A model generated the notes under the pieces. It saw nothing but the letters and a program-made list of their open reading frames with translations. It made no database searches and had not been told where the DNA came from. Positions 18,355 to 28,282 of a DNA stretch of 64,000 bases are shown piece after piece. The stretch is taken from NCBI GenBank assembly GCA_964414795.1, contig CAYPWV010000002.1:5057-69056 (forward strand), given 5' to 3'. The position numbers and the translations under genes were made by a program. Origin of the DNA: an uncultured Gammaproteobacteria bacterium. Its GTDB lineage: Bacteria; Patescibacteriota; Patescibacteriia; UBA9934. Each line of letters starts with the position of its first letter. Within the stretch, counting starts at the first letter, position 1.

Positions 18355-18962
18355 ACCTCGTGGTGAGCGCATTCCTCTTTTGACTCTCGAAGAACATCAA
18401 TCGCGCTCTTCAGTACATAGCACCCAATAGCAAGCGCGATGATGATATCTGGCCACTTTGACGACGTTGCCATGACGAACAAACCACCGACGAGAACTCC
18501 CGTGTTGGCAAGAAGGTCGTTCCGCGAACAAATCCACGCCGAGCGGATATTGATCCCGCCCTTCTTATAACGCGACAGCATCGCGAAGCATAGCGCGTTC
18601 ACTGCCAGAGCAAGCAAACCGATCCCTGTCATAACTGAACCCTGAACGTCAATCGGGCTAAAGATTTTCCCGATGGCCTCGCCAATGACCACGAGTGCCA
18701 GGATTGCCATGATGATACCCTTCGCCATGGACACGCGTCCTTCCCACAACTCGGTTTTATAGAGCGACCAAATGCTCAGACCGTACACGAGAGCGTCTCC
18801 AAGCATATCGAGCGAGTCCGCAAGGATGGCGCTCGAGTGAGCGGCAAGTCCGGCATAGACTTCGACAAAAAACATGACGCTATTCAAAAAAAGGACGATC
18901 CAGAGCATCGACTTCTGTTGCGTGATATTTTCTTTGGGTGGGATTGAGCAGCAATCAGACAT
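18351..18962 (-). CDS. CDF family cation efflux transporter (short, no C-terminal domain)
   Basis: SSAILADSLDMLGD, RSAWICSRND, WPD. Confidence 0.88.
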   Translation of the reverse strand: MSDCCSIPPKENITQQKSMLWIVLFLNSVMFFVEVYAGLAAHSSAILADSLDMLGDALVYGLSIWSLYKTELWEGRVSMAKGIIMAILALVVIGEAIGKIFSPIDVQGSVMTGIGLLALAVNALCFAMLSRYKKGGINIRSAWICSRNDLLANTGVLVGGLFVMATSSKWPDIIIALAIGCYVLKSAIDVLRESKEECAHHEV

Positions 18963-18965
18963 AGG

Positions 18966-19499
18966 CTACGTTGGTTTTACGTTCACGGTGGGCTTGTTGG
19001 AAACTTTGAGGGTAAGAAAGGTTGCAAGCGCCCCAAGGAACATGCCAGCAATAACGTCCGTCAAGAAATGCATTCCGAGGTAGAGGCGTGTGAAGGCAAT
19101 AATGAGCGGAATGGTCAGCAAAGTAATAACCATCGTCCTCCGAACCATCTGATTCCTGATTCTCGTCGCGAACAAATAGGCTACCATGCCAAAGAAGTAG
19201 GCAGAGAGAGCTGAATGCGCGCTAGGGAAAGAGAAGAGACTGTCCTCGACGATGCCGCCCGTAGGTCTTGGGCGTTGAACAAATTCCTTTAGGGCGTAGA
19301 CGATCGAGAGCAGCAACACATAGCCTGCTCCAAAACAGAGTGCTGTCCGAATCCGTTTCTGAAACAACAATACGAAACATGCCGCCAGAACAGCAGCGAG
19401 GAGAATCCACCATTCGCCCAAAAACGTGATCCACTTAGCCGCTACAGTTGCGGCAGGAAAACGCATCTGCGCGATTGCGTCGACGATTGCTTGTTCCAT
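18966..19499 (-). CDS. PAP2 family phosphatase
   Basis: K....RPRP, SFPSAH, TRLYLGMHFLTDV. Confidence 0.9.
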   Translation of the reverse strand: MEQAIVDAIAQMRFPAATVAAKWITFLGEWWILLAAVLAACFVLLFQKRIRTALCFGAGYVLLLSIVYALKEFVQRPRPTGGIVEDSLFSFPSAHSALSAYFFGMVAYLFATRIRNQMVRRTMVITLLTIPLIIAFTRLYLGMHFLTDVIAGMFLGALATFLTLKVSNKPTVNVKPT

Positions 19500-19510
19500 G
19501 AAAACAGTTA

Positions 19511-20434
19511 CTAAATCTTCACATCGGAATCGGTCGCGCAGACCATGCCGTGGCAGGTCTCGCCCTCGCGCTCCATTTCAATAGTGATGTGGTTGATGCC
19601 GCTCACCTTCACGAGATCCAAGATGCAGCATTTCTGCTTAAACATCTCCTCGGCAGTAGTTTCCTTAGATAGCATCACGTGAGACGTGAAGACGCTGTAA
19701 TCTCCGTCCAAAGACCAGACGTGCGTATCATGGACACGGAGCACGCCCGGCACGTTCGCGATGCGCTTCTCAATCTCGCCAAGGTCAATCGAGGATGGAA
19801 CCTCTTGGAGAAAAGTGAGAACCGTCTCCTTGAGGTTTTTGAGCACGTTGCGCAGGACGTAGAGCGTGATGAGGATGGAAAGAATCGGATCAATAACGTG
19901 GAGATCGTAGAAGGCGATGAAGACACCGGCGATAAGTACCGCGATCCATCCAAGCATGTCTTCCATGAGGTGCCAGGTGGTGACGCGTTCGTTGAGCGTT
20001 TTCCCAGCCCTCAGCTTCAAGACTGCCAAGCCGTTCATGGCGATTCCCACGACCGCGAGAACGATCATGCCGGGCGCGTTGGAGTGCTCAGGAGAGAGCA
20101 GGCGAGGCACCGCTTGCGTCAGGATGAACATGGAGCCAACCAACAGCACTATGCTGTTCACGAAGGCGGCTAAGAGAGAAAACCTCTTGTACCCGTAGGA
20201 GAACTTGTTTGTTCGCCCACGCTCGGAAACTTTTGAGAAGTACCAAGAAAGCCCGAGGGAGAAGGTGTCACCAAGGTCGTGGAGCGCGTCCGCAAGAATC
20301 GCCGTGCTATTCGTCCAAAGCCCACCAATCAGCTCAATGATGGTGAAGACAAAGTTGAGAAGGAACGCCACCCTGACACGCAACGTGCTTGCCCCCGTGG
20401 TGGAATGATGTGCAGAGTGGTTATCATTTTTCAT
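19511..20434 (-). CDS. CDF family Zn/Co/Cd efflux transporter (CzcD/ZitB-like)
   Basis: LADALHDLGD, FSYGYKR, HLMED, VHDTHVWSLD, HITIE. Confidence 0.92.
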   Translation of the reverse strand: MKNDNHSAHHSTTGASTLRVRVAFLLNFVFTIIELIGGLWTNSTAILADALHDLGDTFSLGLSWYFSKVSERGRTNKFSYGYKRFSLLAAFVNSIVLLVGSMFILTQAVPRLLSPEHSNAPGMIVLAVVGIAMNGLAVLKLRAGKTLNERVTTWHLMEDMLGWIAVLIAGVFIAFYDLHVIDPILSILITLYVLRNVLKNLKETVLTFLQEVPSSIDLGEIEKRIANVPGVLRVHDTHVWSLDGDYSVFTSHVMLSKETTAEEMFKQKCCILDLVKVSGINHITIEMEREGETCHGMVCATDSDVKI

Positions 20435-20445
20435 ACACGCACTTG

Positions 20446-21096
20446 TTATTTTGCCTGTTCAGCGAGTAAGCCGTCGATAAGAGCCTTGAGTGTATTGTAC
20501 GTCGGGAACTCCTCTACCGCCACGCCGTTTAGAAAGACGCTCGGCGTCGAGTTGACCCCTGCGGCAATGCCGTCCTGGCGGTCACGCTTGATTTTGTCTT
20601 CGTATGCGGAACTATTGATGGTGGCGGTGAACTTTTCCATATCAAGCCCAAGCCCTTCTGCGTAGGAAAGGAACAGTTCGGTCTGCGGCGTTTTCTTCTC
20701 GCCCCATTCAGACTGACGCTCAAATAGAATATCGAGCATCTCCCAATACTTACCCTGTTCTCCTGCGGCTTCGAGTGTCTTCGCGGCAAGCTCGGAGTTT
20801 CCGTGCAGGGGGAAGTAGCGAACCACGTAGGTAATCTGACCCGAGTAGTCCTCCAAGATTTGTTTGATCTGCGGATGCGCCGCGCGGCACGCCTCACACT
20901 CAGGGTCGAAAAATTCGACAAGCGTGATGGAGGCGTTTGGTACTTCCTGTTTCCAGCTATCTTCCCGCACAAGCGTCTCGTAAGCAATCGGTTCAGTCGA
21001 CTGGGTTTGGTTCGTCGTAGCCACGGCGATGCCGACAAAAATAAGAACAGTGGCAAGACCGATGCCGATCAGGACTTTTGCGTCATCGCTAAGCAT
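20446..21096 (-). CDS. DsbA family thiol-disulfide oxidoreductase
   Basis: VEFFDPECEAC, RYFPLH, GVNSTPS. Confidence 0.9.
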   Translation of the reverse strand: MLSDDAKVLIGIGLATVLIFVGIAVATTNQTQSTEPIAYETLVREDSWKQEVPNASITLVEFFDPECEACRAAHPQIKQILEDYSGQITYVVRYFPLHGNSELAAKTLEAAGEQGKYWEMLDILFERQSEWGEKKTPQTELFLSYAEGLGLDMEKFTATINSSAYEDKIKRDRQDGIAAGVNSTPSVFLNGVAVEEFPTYNTLKALIDGLLAEQAK

Positions 21097-21520
21097 ACTT
21101 TTTTATGAGACGGGTGTGAGTAATGAGAATAAGGGTAATGACGCTGAATGCCACAAGCGAAAGGAGCGGGATCGTAATGAAGCCGAACCATTCAAAGAAC
21201 TTTGTCGTGCAAGAAATGCCGAGGGTGCAGGGCGCAACGCTTTCCGGCAGAATCTTCCAATACAGGAGGTTGTGGTACACGGCGACGGCGAGGCCAGCGA
21301 GCGAAAGAGGCAGGGCGTACAGAGCGACCGCCTTGTCCTTGCGAAGAATACCGACGGCAAGGATTGTGACGAGCGGATACAGTGCGATGCGCTGGTACCA
21401 GCACAATACGCACGGCGGAAGATTCATGACTTCGCTAAAGTACAGGCTTCCCGCCATCCCAACGAACGCTTGCGCCCATGCTGCATGCGGAAGGTAGTCG
21501 ATCCATCGTTTTACGTTCAT
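21089..21520 (-). CDS. Disulfide bond formation protein B (BdbC/DsbB)
   Basis: GSLYFSE...PCVLCWYQR, second Cys pair, FITIP. Confidence 0.92.
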   Translation of the reverse strand: MNVKRWIDYLPHAAWAQAFVGMAGSLYFSEVMNLPPCVLCWYQRIALYPLVTILAVGILRKDKAVALYALPLSLAGLAVAVYHNLLYWKILPESVAPCTLGISCTTKFFEWFGFITIPLLSLVAFSVITLILITHTRLIKKYA

Positions 21521-21531
21521 AGACGAACGGA

Positions 21532-22197
21532 TTAATAATTAACGTAGGTCGTGATGTTCGCCTTGGCTCGCAATTCGGCGATAAGCTTTTGCGCCTCTTC
21601 GCTGAATTTACTATCCGCAATCTGGAGTTTTATTTGTTCTTTCATGGCATCCGGATTTTCTTCCGGAAGTGGAATGCCGCTCTCTGTGATGTATTGCTCC
21701 AACTCTTCATCTGTAACCGTCAGTTTTTCAGCAAGCAACTTTTTCATGGTCAACTGCGTGACAATGCTCTTGCGAAGGCTCTCCTCGGTAAAGCCCCGCT
21801 CAGCGAGTGCCGCCTCGAACGTTCCACCCGCGTCGGTCACGCTCGCCTTGATGCTATCCAGTTCATCCGTAATCTCTTGCGCAGAAACGGTAACGTCTTT
21901 CGCGAGAGCCTCGTTTGCAATGAGCCGTTCAACGATGAGCGCGTCAAGAACGTTCTTGCCGCCTTGGCGTTCAAGTTCCTGCACCACGCGAATCCTACTA
22001 ATCGGGCTTCCATCTACCGTGGCGGCAATAAAGACGCTCTTGAAGTAAAACAGTGTTGCAAGCGGGAGAACGATCACTGCTGCGATGACAATCATCTTTT
22101 TCTGTCGCGGTGTAAGGCGCTTTGATACTTGGACTTCAGGGACCTTCGGTACGTCAGTACTTTCAGGTAAAGGTTCTTGTGATATAGGTTCTTCCAT
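21532..22197 (-). CDS. SurA N-terminal/PrsA-like foldase
   Basis: TM anchor, AATVDGSPIS, LIAELRAKANI; no PPIase domain. Confidence 0.8.
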   Translation of the reverse strand: MEEPISQEPLPESTDVPKVPEVQVSKRLTPRQKKMIVIAAVIVLPLATLFYFKSVFIAATVDGSPISRIRVVQELERQGGKNVLDALIVERLIANEALAKDVTVSAQEITDELDSIKASVTDAGGTFEAALAERGFTEESLRKSIVTQLTMKKLLAEKLTVTDEELEQYITESGIPLPEENPDAMKEQIKLQIADSKFSEEAQKLIAELRAKANITTYVNY

Positions 22198-22214
22198 AGT
22201 CAGAAACAGTTTGG

Positions 22215-22763
22215 TTATTTTTTACATGGTTTGGATGTCGCGTCGACGCTACACGCCCTGCATCCCTCGGTGATCGTTTTTGATGCAATCACGAGGGCGA
22301 TGACAACGACGAGGATCGAAACAAGGGTGATTTGCCATCGGTTGTTGAGGACGAACAGTACGCCGCCCGTTCCGAGGAATCCCAGGAATCCCGTCACGCA
22401 TGCCCCGCACGATGCTGTAGAGAGCACGGAGGCAAAGGTGGCGGAAAGCCCTCCGATGCCGCCGGTGATGACGGTACCCACGCCTGAACGCGCCCGAACC
22501 CTCCGCAAGTGGAAGAGATGCCACTGCATGAGGAGAAGGAGCGCGTTCAGGACGGAAAGGATGCCAAACATCGCGAAGTCGAGCCGCGTCATGATGCTCA
22601 GCTGGAACGGCAAATCGTTGCCGGGAATCAGCTTGACCGGAATCCAAACGAAGAGCCAGAACGTCGCAACGGTCACGACGATAAAGGCGACTCGTCGTGA
22701 TCCCGTTGCAAGCGTCTCTTTCGTGGCTTGTATAAACCTGTTTAAGGATTCCTGGGGGCGCAT
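22215..22763 (-). CDS. Membrane protein with CxxC motifs
   Basis: About 4 TM; SCGAC inside a TM; C-terminal CRAC. Confidence 0.7.
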   Translation of the reverse strand: MRPQESLNRFIQATKETLATGSRRVAFIVVTVATFWLFVWIPVKLIPGNDLPFQLSIMTRLDFAMFGILSVLNALLLLMQWHLFHLRRVRARSGVGTVITGGIGGLSATFASVLSTASCGACVTGFLGFLGTGGVLFVLNNRWQITLVSILVVVIALVIASKTITEGCRACSVDATSKPCKK

Positions 22764-22764
22764 A

Positions 22765-23538
22765 CTACTTCGCTAACGCCGCATCAAGGAGAGTTTTGAT
22801 TTGTGCGAACGGAAGTGCGCCAGAAACAAGCTCAGCGTCTCCATTCGTATCAATAATGAACGAGCCCGGAGTTCCGGTAACACCCGCCGCCGCTCCACCA
22901 GCCGTATCGTCCTTCACGTGTTGAGCGTACTTTCCGCTATCAAGACATTCCTTGAACTTCGTGCCGTTCAAGCCGAGCTCCTCCGCGAGTGGGACAAGAT
23001 CAGTAAGGGCGAAGCCGGTTCCACCTGCCTCTCCACGCTCAAAAATGGCATCATGGTACTGCCAGAACGCATCATTGCCGCCAAGCTCGTTGGCGCATTC
23101 CGATGCCTCGGCTTCTTTTTGCGCATTGGCGTGGAATGAAAGCGGATAGTGACGGTAGACGACGCGAACGTCTCCGTCGTACTCCTCAAGGATCTGATCG
23201 ACCGTGGGTGCGAACTTCTTGCAGAACGGACATTCGAAGTCCGAGTATTCCACAAAGGTCACAGGCGCGTTTTTGTCACCACGAATATGGTCTGCGTCCG
23301 TGACTTCAGGAACCTCGCCCGTCGGTGCCTTGGTTTTGACGGTTGGAGCCGCTGCCGATGGTTGAGCATTCGCGACCGCGACCGTTCCCGTATCCGTTGT
23401 CTTTGCGAACAAGTTGTTGCCGCTCAAAAGACCAAAACTCGTGAGAAGCGAGATAAGCGCAACTCCTGAGACGAGCCCAAAGATAAAGCTCGTTTTGGAC
23501 GGCATACCGTCGAAGAATCCTTTTGTATCATTTTCCAT
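22765..23538 (-). CDS. DsbA family thiol-disulfide oxidoreductase
   Basis: EYSDFECPFC, RHYPLSFH, GVTGTPG. Confidence 0.92.
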   Translation of the reverse strand: MENDTKGFFDGMPSKTSFIFGLVSGVALISLLTSFGLLSGNNLFAKTTDTGTVAVANAQPSAAAPTVKTKAPTGEVPEVTDADHIRGDKNAPVTFVEYSDFECPFCKKFAPTVDQILEEYDGDVRVVYRHYPLSFHANAQKEAEASECANELGGNDAFWQYHDAIFERGEAGGTGFALTDLVPLAEELGLNGTKFKECLDSGKYAQHVKDDTAGGAAAGVTGTPGSFIIDTNGDAELVSGALPFAQIKTLLDAALAK

Positions 23539-23579
23539 AGCAAAAATAAGATGAATAAATCCTCACGGACTTATCTTTG

Positions 23580-24002
23580 CTACGCGTCGCGCATCGGGCT
23601 GAAGTACGGTAAATAGCCTCCGTTCCAAGCGAACGGCCATGATTTTGCCCAAAGCCACCCCAGTTCTTTGTTCCGCTGTTTGATCGTGACGAGGGAAACG
23701 ACAAGGATGACGGAGAAGGCGATTGGCGTCTGTGGAGCCAAGGCGATGTCCGGAAGGGAAAATTCGGAGATTCTTGAGATGGTAGTTTGAGAGAAGATCG
23801 ACTGATGGCTATCGTTGAAGCTCCCAATTGAGTGATCTGTGCAGCACTCTGTATTCATCCCCACTATTTCCATGTGGTTCGAAGAGCCAAGCGGATGGCA
23901 GGTCACCATGAACATGAGCAGTGTGACGCAGAAAAACAGCGCCATGGTGAGATGACGGCTGAATTTCTGCCAGATTTTTCTGCTCAATTGTTCAAGATAC
24001 AT
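23580..24002 (-). CDS. Cys/His-containing small membrane protein, first gene of the dsb operon
   Basis: Hydrophobic N-terminus, CH..H..CC.DH..H cluster, second hydrophobic segment. Confidence 0.55.
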   Translation of the reverse strand: MYLEQLSRKIWQKFSRHLTMALFFCVTLLMFMVTCHPLGSSNHMEIVGMNTECCTDHSIGSFNDSHQSIFSQTTISRISEFSLPDIALAPQTPIAFSVILVVSLVTIKQRNKELGWLWAKSWPFAWNGGYLPYFSPMRDA

Positions 24003-24058
24003 GCGGGTATTGTAAGGGATTCCTGCCTTAGCTACAAACGTCTCTCCCTCGGATCTTT

Positions 24059-24454
24059 TTACTCGGCGTTGATCTCGAATTTGTACATTCCCATCGAACA
24101 GGTTCCCTGAAGCGTTCCTACCGCCAATGTCCCAATATTTACGTCTGTAGTCCCCGTTGATGGCAGATTCTTGCTGATACCAAGATCCGGAATGCGCACG
24201 GAGGAAGAACAGTCATATGCGCCATTTGTGGCAAATCGTAGAACGGTAGGTACACCAGCTTTAACGGTGCTCGCCTGTGGTGAGTAGCCGCCTTTGACGT
24301 TTATCGCAACAATCTGCTGTCCTGCCACCGTGCTCACGTTCGAACTCGCGTTGGCTGTGACAGCGGTCTGCGACTGTCCGCCTCCACGGAACAAGAGAAA
24401 TGCACCAAGAACGAGTGCACCGACGATGAGGAGTGTCTTTGTGTTGGAATTCAT
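24059..24454 (-). CDS. Cupredoxin domain protein
   Basis: KGGYSP, YDCSS, TCSMGMY. Confidence 0.88.
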   Translation of the reverse strand: MNSNTKTLLIVGALVLGAFLLFRGGGQSQTAVTANASSNVSTVAGQQIVAINVKGGYSPQASTVKAGVPTVLRFATNGAYDCSSSVRIPDLGISKNLPSTGTTDVNIGTLAVGTLQGTCSMGMYKFEINAE

Positions 24455-24469
24455 ATGCATTTGATGAGA

Positions 24470-25489
24470 TTAAAAGTTGAAGATGGGAGCGATGTACCCA
24501 GCGGCAACGAGTGCCGTGAGTATGTTGAACACGGCGAACGCGATGACGATCAGCCCGGCGGTCTTAAAGAACACGCCCTTGTTGCGGCTCTTCTCAGCGC
24601 TGAACGAGCTGAAGCTGATGAGCGCGAGCACCGGGAACGTCCCGAGCGCAAACGCGAGCATCGTGAATCCTCCCGTGAGGAAACTTCCCGTCGAAAGCGC
24701 GTACAGCTGCATGGACTGGGTGAACCCGCATGGCAGGAAGAACGTCGCAATGCCGACAAGAACTGGCGTGAGCGTGTGGTTGAGCTTGGAGACTCCGAGC
24801 GCGTACTTTGAGAGAAACTTCGGCATCGACGGCTGGAGCTTTTTCGTCCAATCGAACACGTCGAGAAGGTTCAATCCGAGTATGAGCATCACGAGCCCAA
24901 GGACAAGACCGAGCACGAGCGATCCGAAGCCGCTCAAACGAAAGACGGAGCCAAGCACTCCAATAACGCCACCCAGCAGAAAGAACGAAACAATGCGCCC
25001 TGCATGAAACATGATCTGCGGCCTCACCTTGTCTCCTTCCTTAGCAAACGTCGCAGACATAGAGAGCACTAGCCCACCAACGACTGCCATACAGGTGGAT
25101 ACGGAAGCGACCAATCCAACAACGAACGCTGTAACATAAGATGGCTTGCCTCCGCCAATCAGGTTCACGACTCCTGCTTTCTGCAAAAGGAAAAAGACGA
25201 TAATGAACGCGAGCGCGATGGGAACGGCATTCCTGAATTCTCCCCAGTGCTTTGTTTTTTTCTGCTTTTCAACCGACAACGCGTAGCCATGCTTGGCGAG
25301 TACGAGTGTGAGGTCGGCGGCGATTGTTGACGCGTCTTTTCCCTCAAAGTCGCCCGTCACTTCAACGCACTCTGCTTCAAGACTTGTCTTGGCGCGTGAT
25401 ACGTACGGAACATCTTGTAATTCGCTCTCCGTCATGAGGACGCAGGCACGGCAGTGCATGCCTGTCACATGGAAGGTATATTTTTCCAT
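24470..25489 (-). CDS. HMA domain + DsbD_2/TauE-like membrane protein
   Basis: GMHCRAC, STCMAVVGG, FFLPCGFTQ, FALGT. Confidence 0.88.
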   Translation of the reverse strand: MEKYTFHVTGMHCRACVLMTESELQDVPYVSRAKTSLEAECVEVTGDFEGKDASTIAADLTLVLAKHGYALSVEKQKKTKHWGEFRNAVPIALAFIIVFFLLQKAGVVNLIGGGKPSYVTAFVVGLVASVSTCMAVVGGLVLSMSATFAKEGDKVRPQIMFHAGRIVSFFLLGGVIGVLGSVFRLSGFGSLVLGLVLGLVMLILGLNLLDVFDWTKKLQPSMPKFLSKYALGVSKLNHTLTPVLVGIATFFLPCGFTQSMQLYALSTGSFLTGGFTMLAFALGTFPVLALISFSSFSAEKSRNKGVFFKTAGLIVIAFAVFNILTALVAAGYIAPIFNF

Positions 25490-25493
25490 ATGC

Positions 25494-27785
25494 TTAGAGC
25501 GACTTCGTTTTCAGTCGAAGCGAATTGCCAACAACGGATACGCTCGAGAACGCCATCGCGAGTCCGGCGAAGACGGGGTTGAGGAGCCAGCCGAAGAATG
25601 GGAAGAACAGTCCTGCTGCCAATGGAATGCCGATGACATTGTACGCGAACGCCCAGAAGAGATTTTGCTTGATGCCGCGCATCGTCATTTTGGAAAGCGT
25701 GATTGCTTTGACGAGTTTGGAGATATCGCCGTGAAGCAAGGTGATGCCAGCGGATTCAATCGCGACATCTGTTCCCGTGGCCATCGCGATACCAACGTCT
25801 GCTCGTGCAAGCGCAGGAGCATCGTTCACGCCGTCCCCGGCCATCGCAACAACGTTTCCTTTTGATTGCAGTTCTTTGATCTTGGCGAGCTTGCCCTCAG
25901 GCAAGACTTCCGCAACAACTTCATCGACTCCGATCTGTTTGCCGATGAATGCGGCGGTGTTCTTATTGTCACCAGTGAGCATGACGACTTTTACGCCGAG
26001 TTTGTGCAGACGAGACACCGCTTCTTTCGCCTCAGGCTTTATCGCATCCGCAACCATCACAATGCCGATGACTTTTTCTTTGGTTGCGAGAATAACCGGA
26101 GTTTTACCTTCGAGTGTTTCCTTTTCCAAGGAGGACACATCGAACGATAACTTCAACGCCGTAACGAGCTTGGTATTTCCGGCGTAGTATTCGATTCCGT
26201 TTACAGTCCCTTTCAATCCTTGTCCCTTGATCGCTTCGAAGTTTTCTACGGGCGACAGGGTCAGTTTCTGCTTCTCGGCGTGGCTCGTAATTGCATGAGC
26301 GATGGGATGCTCAGACTTCTTTTCAAGCGATGCGAGAATGCTCACGAGTTCCTTTTCGTGAAGATCGGATAATGCACGAATAGAAACAAGTTCCGGTTTG
26401 CCGTTGGTGAGCGTTCCTGTCTTGTCGACAACAACCGTGTTCACTTTGTAGAGCTTCTCAAGCGTTGCCGCATCCTTCACGAGGATTCCTTCCTTGGCTC
26501 CCTTTCCAACACCTACGATAATCGCGGTCGGCGTGGCAAGTCCAAGCGCGCATGGGCAAGCGATAACAAGGACTCCAACGAACGAAACCAAACCGTTCGA
26601 CAATGCTTGCGAGAAGTCCATGTACTGACTTCCTACGATGAGCCAGGCAGCGAGCGTAAGGAATGCGATAACCAGAACAATTGGCACGAAGACGGATGAG
26701 ATTTTGTCCGCGAGTGCCTGAATGGGCGCACGGCTTCCTTGCGCTTCCTCGACCATCTTGATGATTCGCGCGAGCATTGTTTCCGAACCAACCTTGGTCG
26801 CCTTGAACGTAAACGAACCGTTCGTGTTCATCGTTCCCGAAACAACCGTATCGCCGACATCTTTCTTGATCGGCATCGGTTCGCCAGTCACCAGCGACTC
26901 ATCAACGTACGATGAACCTTCCGTGAGTACGCCGTCCACGGCAATACGACTTGCGGGCTTTACGATAATAAGTTCGCCGAGAACGACTTCGCTTGCGGGG
27001 ATCTCGACCTCCTCGCCGTCACGAATAACGAGCGCGGTCTTTGCCTGAAGATTGAGTAGTTTCTCTATTGCATCGCCGGTTTTGAGCTTGGATCGGGCTT
27101 CAAGGTATTTTCCAAGCGTAATAAACGCAACGACGACGATCGTTACGTCGTAATAGGTGTGCTCGACATTGAGGAACGGTGCGAGCGTTTCCGTAAAGGC
27201 GGTAATGACGAAGCTGTACAAAAACGCTGCGAGCGTACCAATGCCGATGAGCGTGTCCATGTTTGCCTTGCCGTAACGAAGGAATCGGTACAAGCCGAGA
27301 AGATACGGCTTGCCGACGACGAACAAGGTATACGTCGCCATGAGCGGAAGGAGGTGGTGAAAGAACTCACTCCACACGTACGGCATATCCGCAATCACGG
27401 AAAACTGAGCGAGAATGTCCCAGCCCATGATGAAAATGCTGACGATGGTCATGGGAATGACCGAAAGCACCTTGGTCTTCATGTCGGCAATCTCCGCAAG
27501 CTTCTCCTTTTTCGTCTGACTAATGCCAAGGTGAGCGGCATGCTCGCTCGGACTCATGTGCATGGACTCCGCCGTCAGAATGACAAGGGTATAGCCGAGC
27601 GGTTCGATTGTCTTTGAGAGTTGTTCGGGGTTGGTCTTAGCTGGATCGAAGGCGATCTTCGCCGCCTCGGTGCCGTAGTTCACTTCCGCCGAACTTACCC
27701 CGGCAGTTTTCTTGAGCGTCTTTTCAATGATGCCCGCGCAGGAGGCGCAGTGCATCCCTTTTATTTTATATGTGGTGGCATCCAT
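25494..27785 (-). CDS. copA: Copper-translocating P1B-type ATPase
   Basis: GMHCASC, TGEP, CPC, DKTGT, SEHP, GDGVND, YN and MAFSS. Confidence 0.95.
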   Translation of the reverse strand: MDATTYKIKGMHCASCAGIIEKTLKKTAGVSSAEVNYGTEAAKIAFDPAKTNPEQLSKTIEPLGYTLVILTAESMHMSPSEHAAHLGISQTKKEKLAEIADMKTKVLSVIPMTIVSIFIMGWDILAQFSVIADMPYVWSEFFHHLLPLMATYTLFVVGKPYLLGLYRFLRYGKANMDTLIGIGTLAAFLYSFVITAFTETLAPFLNVEHTYYDVTIVVVAFITLGKYLEARSKLKTGDAIEKLLNLQAKTALVIRDGEEVEIPASEVVLGELIIVKPASRIAVDGVLTEGSSYVDESLVTGEPMPIKKDVGDTVVSGTMNTNGSFTFKATKVGSETMLARIIKMVEEAQGSRAPIQALADKISSVFVPIVLVIAFLTLAAWLIVGSQYMDFSQALSNGLVSFVGVLVIACPCALGLATPTAIIVGVGKGAKEGILVKDAATLEKLYKVNTVVVDKTGTLTNGKPELVSIRALSDLHEKELVSILASLEKKSEHPIAHAITSHAEKQKLTLSPVENFEAIKGQGLKGTVNGIEYYAGNTKLVTALKLSFDVSSLEKETLEGKTPVILATKEKVIGIVMVADAIKPEAKEAVSRLHKLGVKVVMLTGDNKNTAAFIGKQIGVDEVVAEVLPEGKLAKIKELQSKGNVVAMAGDGVNDAPALARADVGIAMATGTDVAIESAGITLLHGDISKLVKAITLSKMTMRGIKQNLFWAFAYNVIGIPLAAGLFFPFFGWLLNPVFAGLAMAFSSVSVVGNSLRLKTKSL

Positions 27786-27848
27786 ACCATTTTGGGTAAA
27801 ATTAAAACCAAGCAATATTCGCAATACTCAGCGAATGGAAGCCTGGTT

Positions 27849-28238
27849 TTAATCCCGCAAAATGACGGTGGACAGGTTTTGTTGGAGGAGCAGTTTTCCT
27901 ATACCCTCACGCCAACGTCGAAGCGATGGGTTGAAAGTTGAGAGAGGGCTTGGTGACCATTCAGAAACAAGAACGGCAACAACGGCTATAAGTACGATAA
28001 ACGCAAACGGTAAGGGCGTCACCACGGCTGTGGCTGTTGAAGTGGCGGACAAGCAGTGTTCCAGACATTCCGCCCCAGACGTTTCCATGCCTCCCGCATC
28101 GTGACAGGTTGCACTTATGCATGTGTCCGCGCCCATCAACATGCCCCCGCCGTGCATTCCAAAAATCGCCATTCCAGCCAGTGTGGTGAAAGAGAAAAGG
28201 ATGGAAGCAAGGAGAAATGAGAGAAAGGCACGTTTCAT
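27849..28238 (-). CDS. Cys/His/Met-rich small membrane protein upstream of copA
   Basis: Signal-like N-terminus, MH...C....CH...CLEHCL, hydrophobic segment, ends STVILRD. Confidence 0.6.
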   Translation of the reverse strand: MKRAFLSFLLASILFSFTTLAGMAIFGMHGGGMLMGADTCISATCHDAGGMETSGAECLEHCLSATSTATAVVTPLPFAFIVLIAVVAVLVSEWSPSPLSTFNPSLRRWREGIGKLLLQQNLSTVILRD

Positions 28239-28282
28239 AGCATGAGTATACCTCGCTCTGATTCAGAGGAAAAGAGGGTTAT

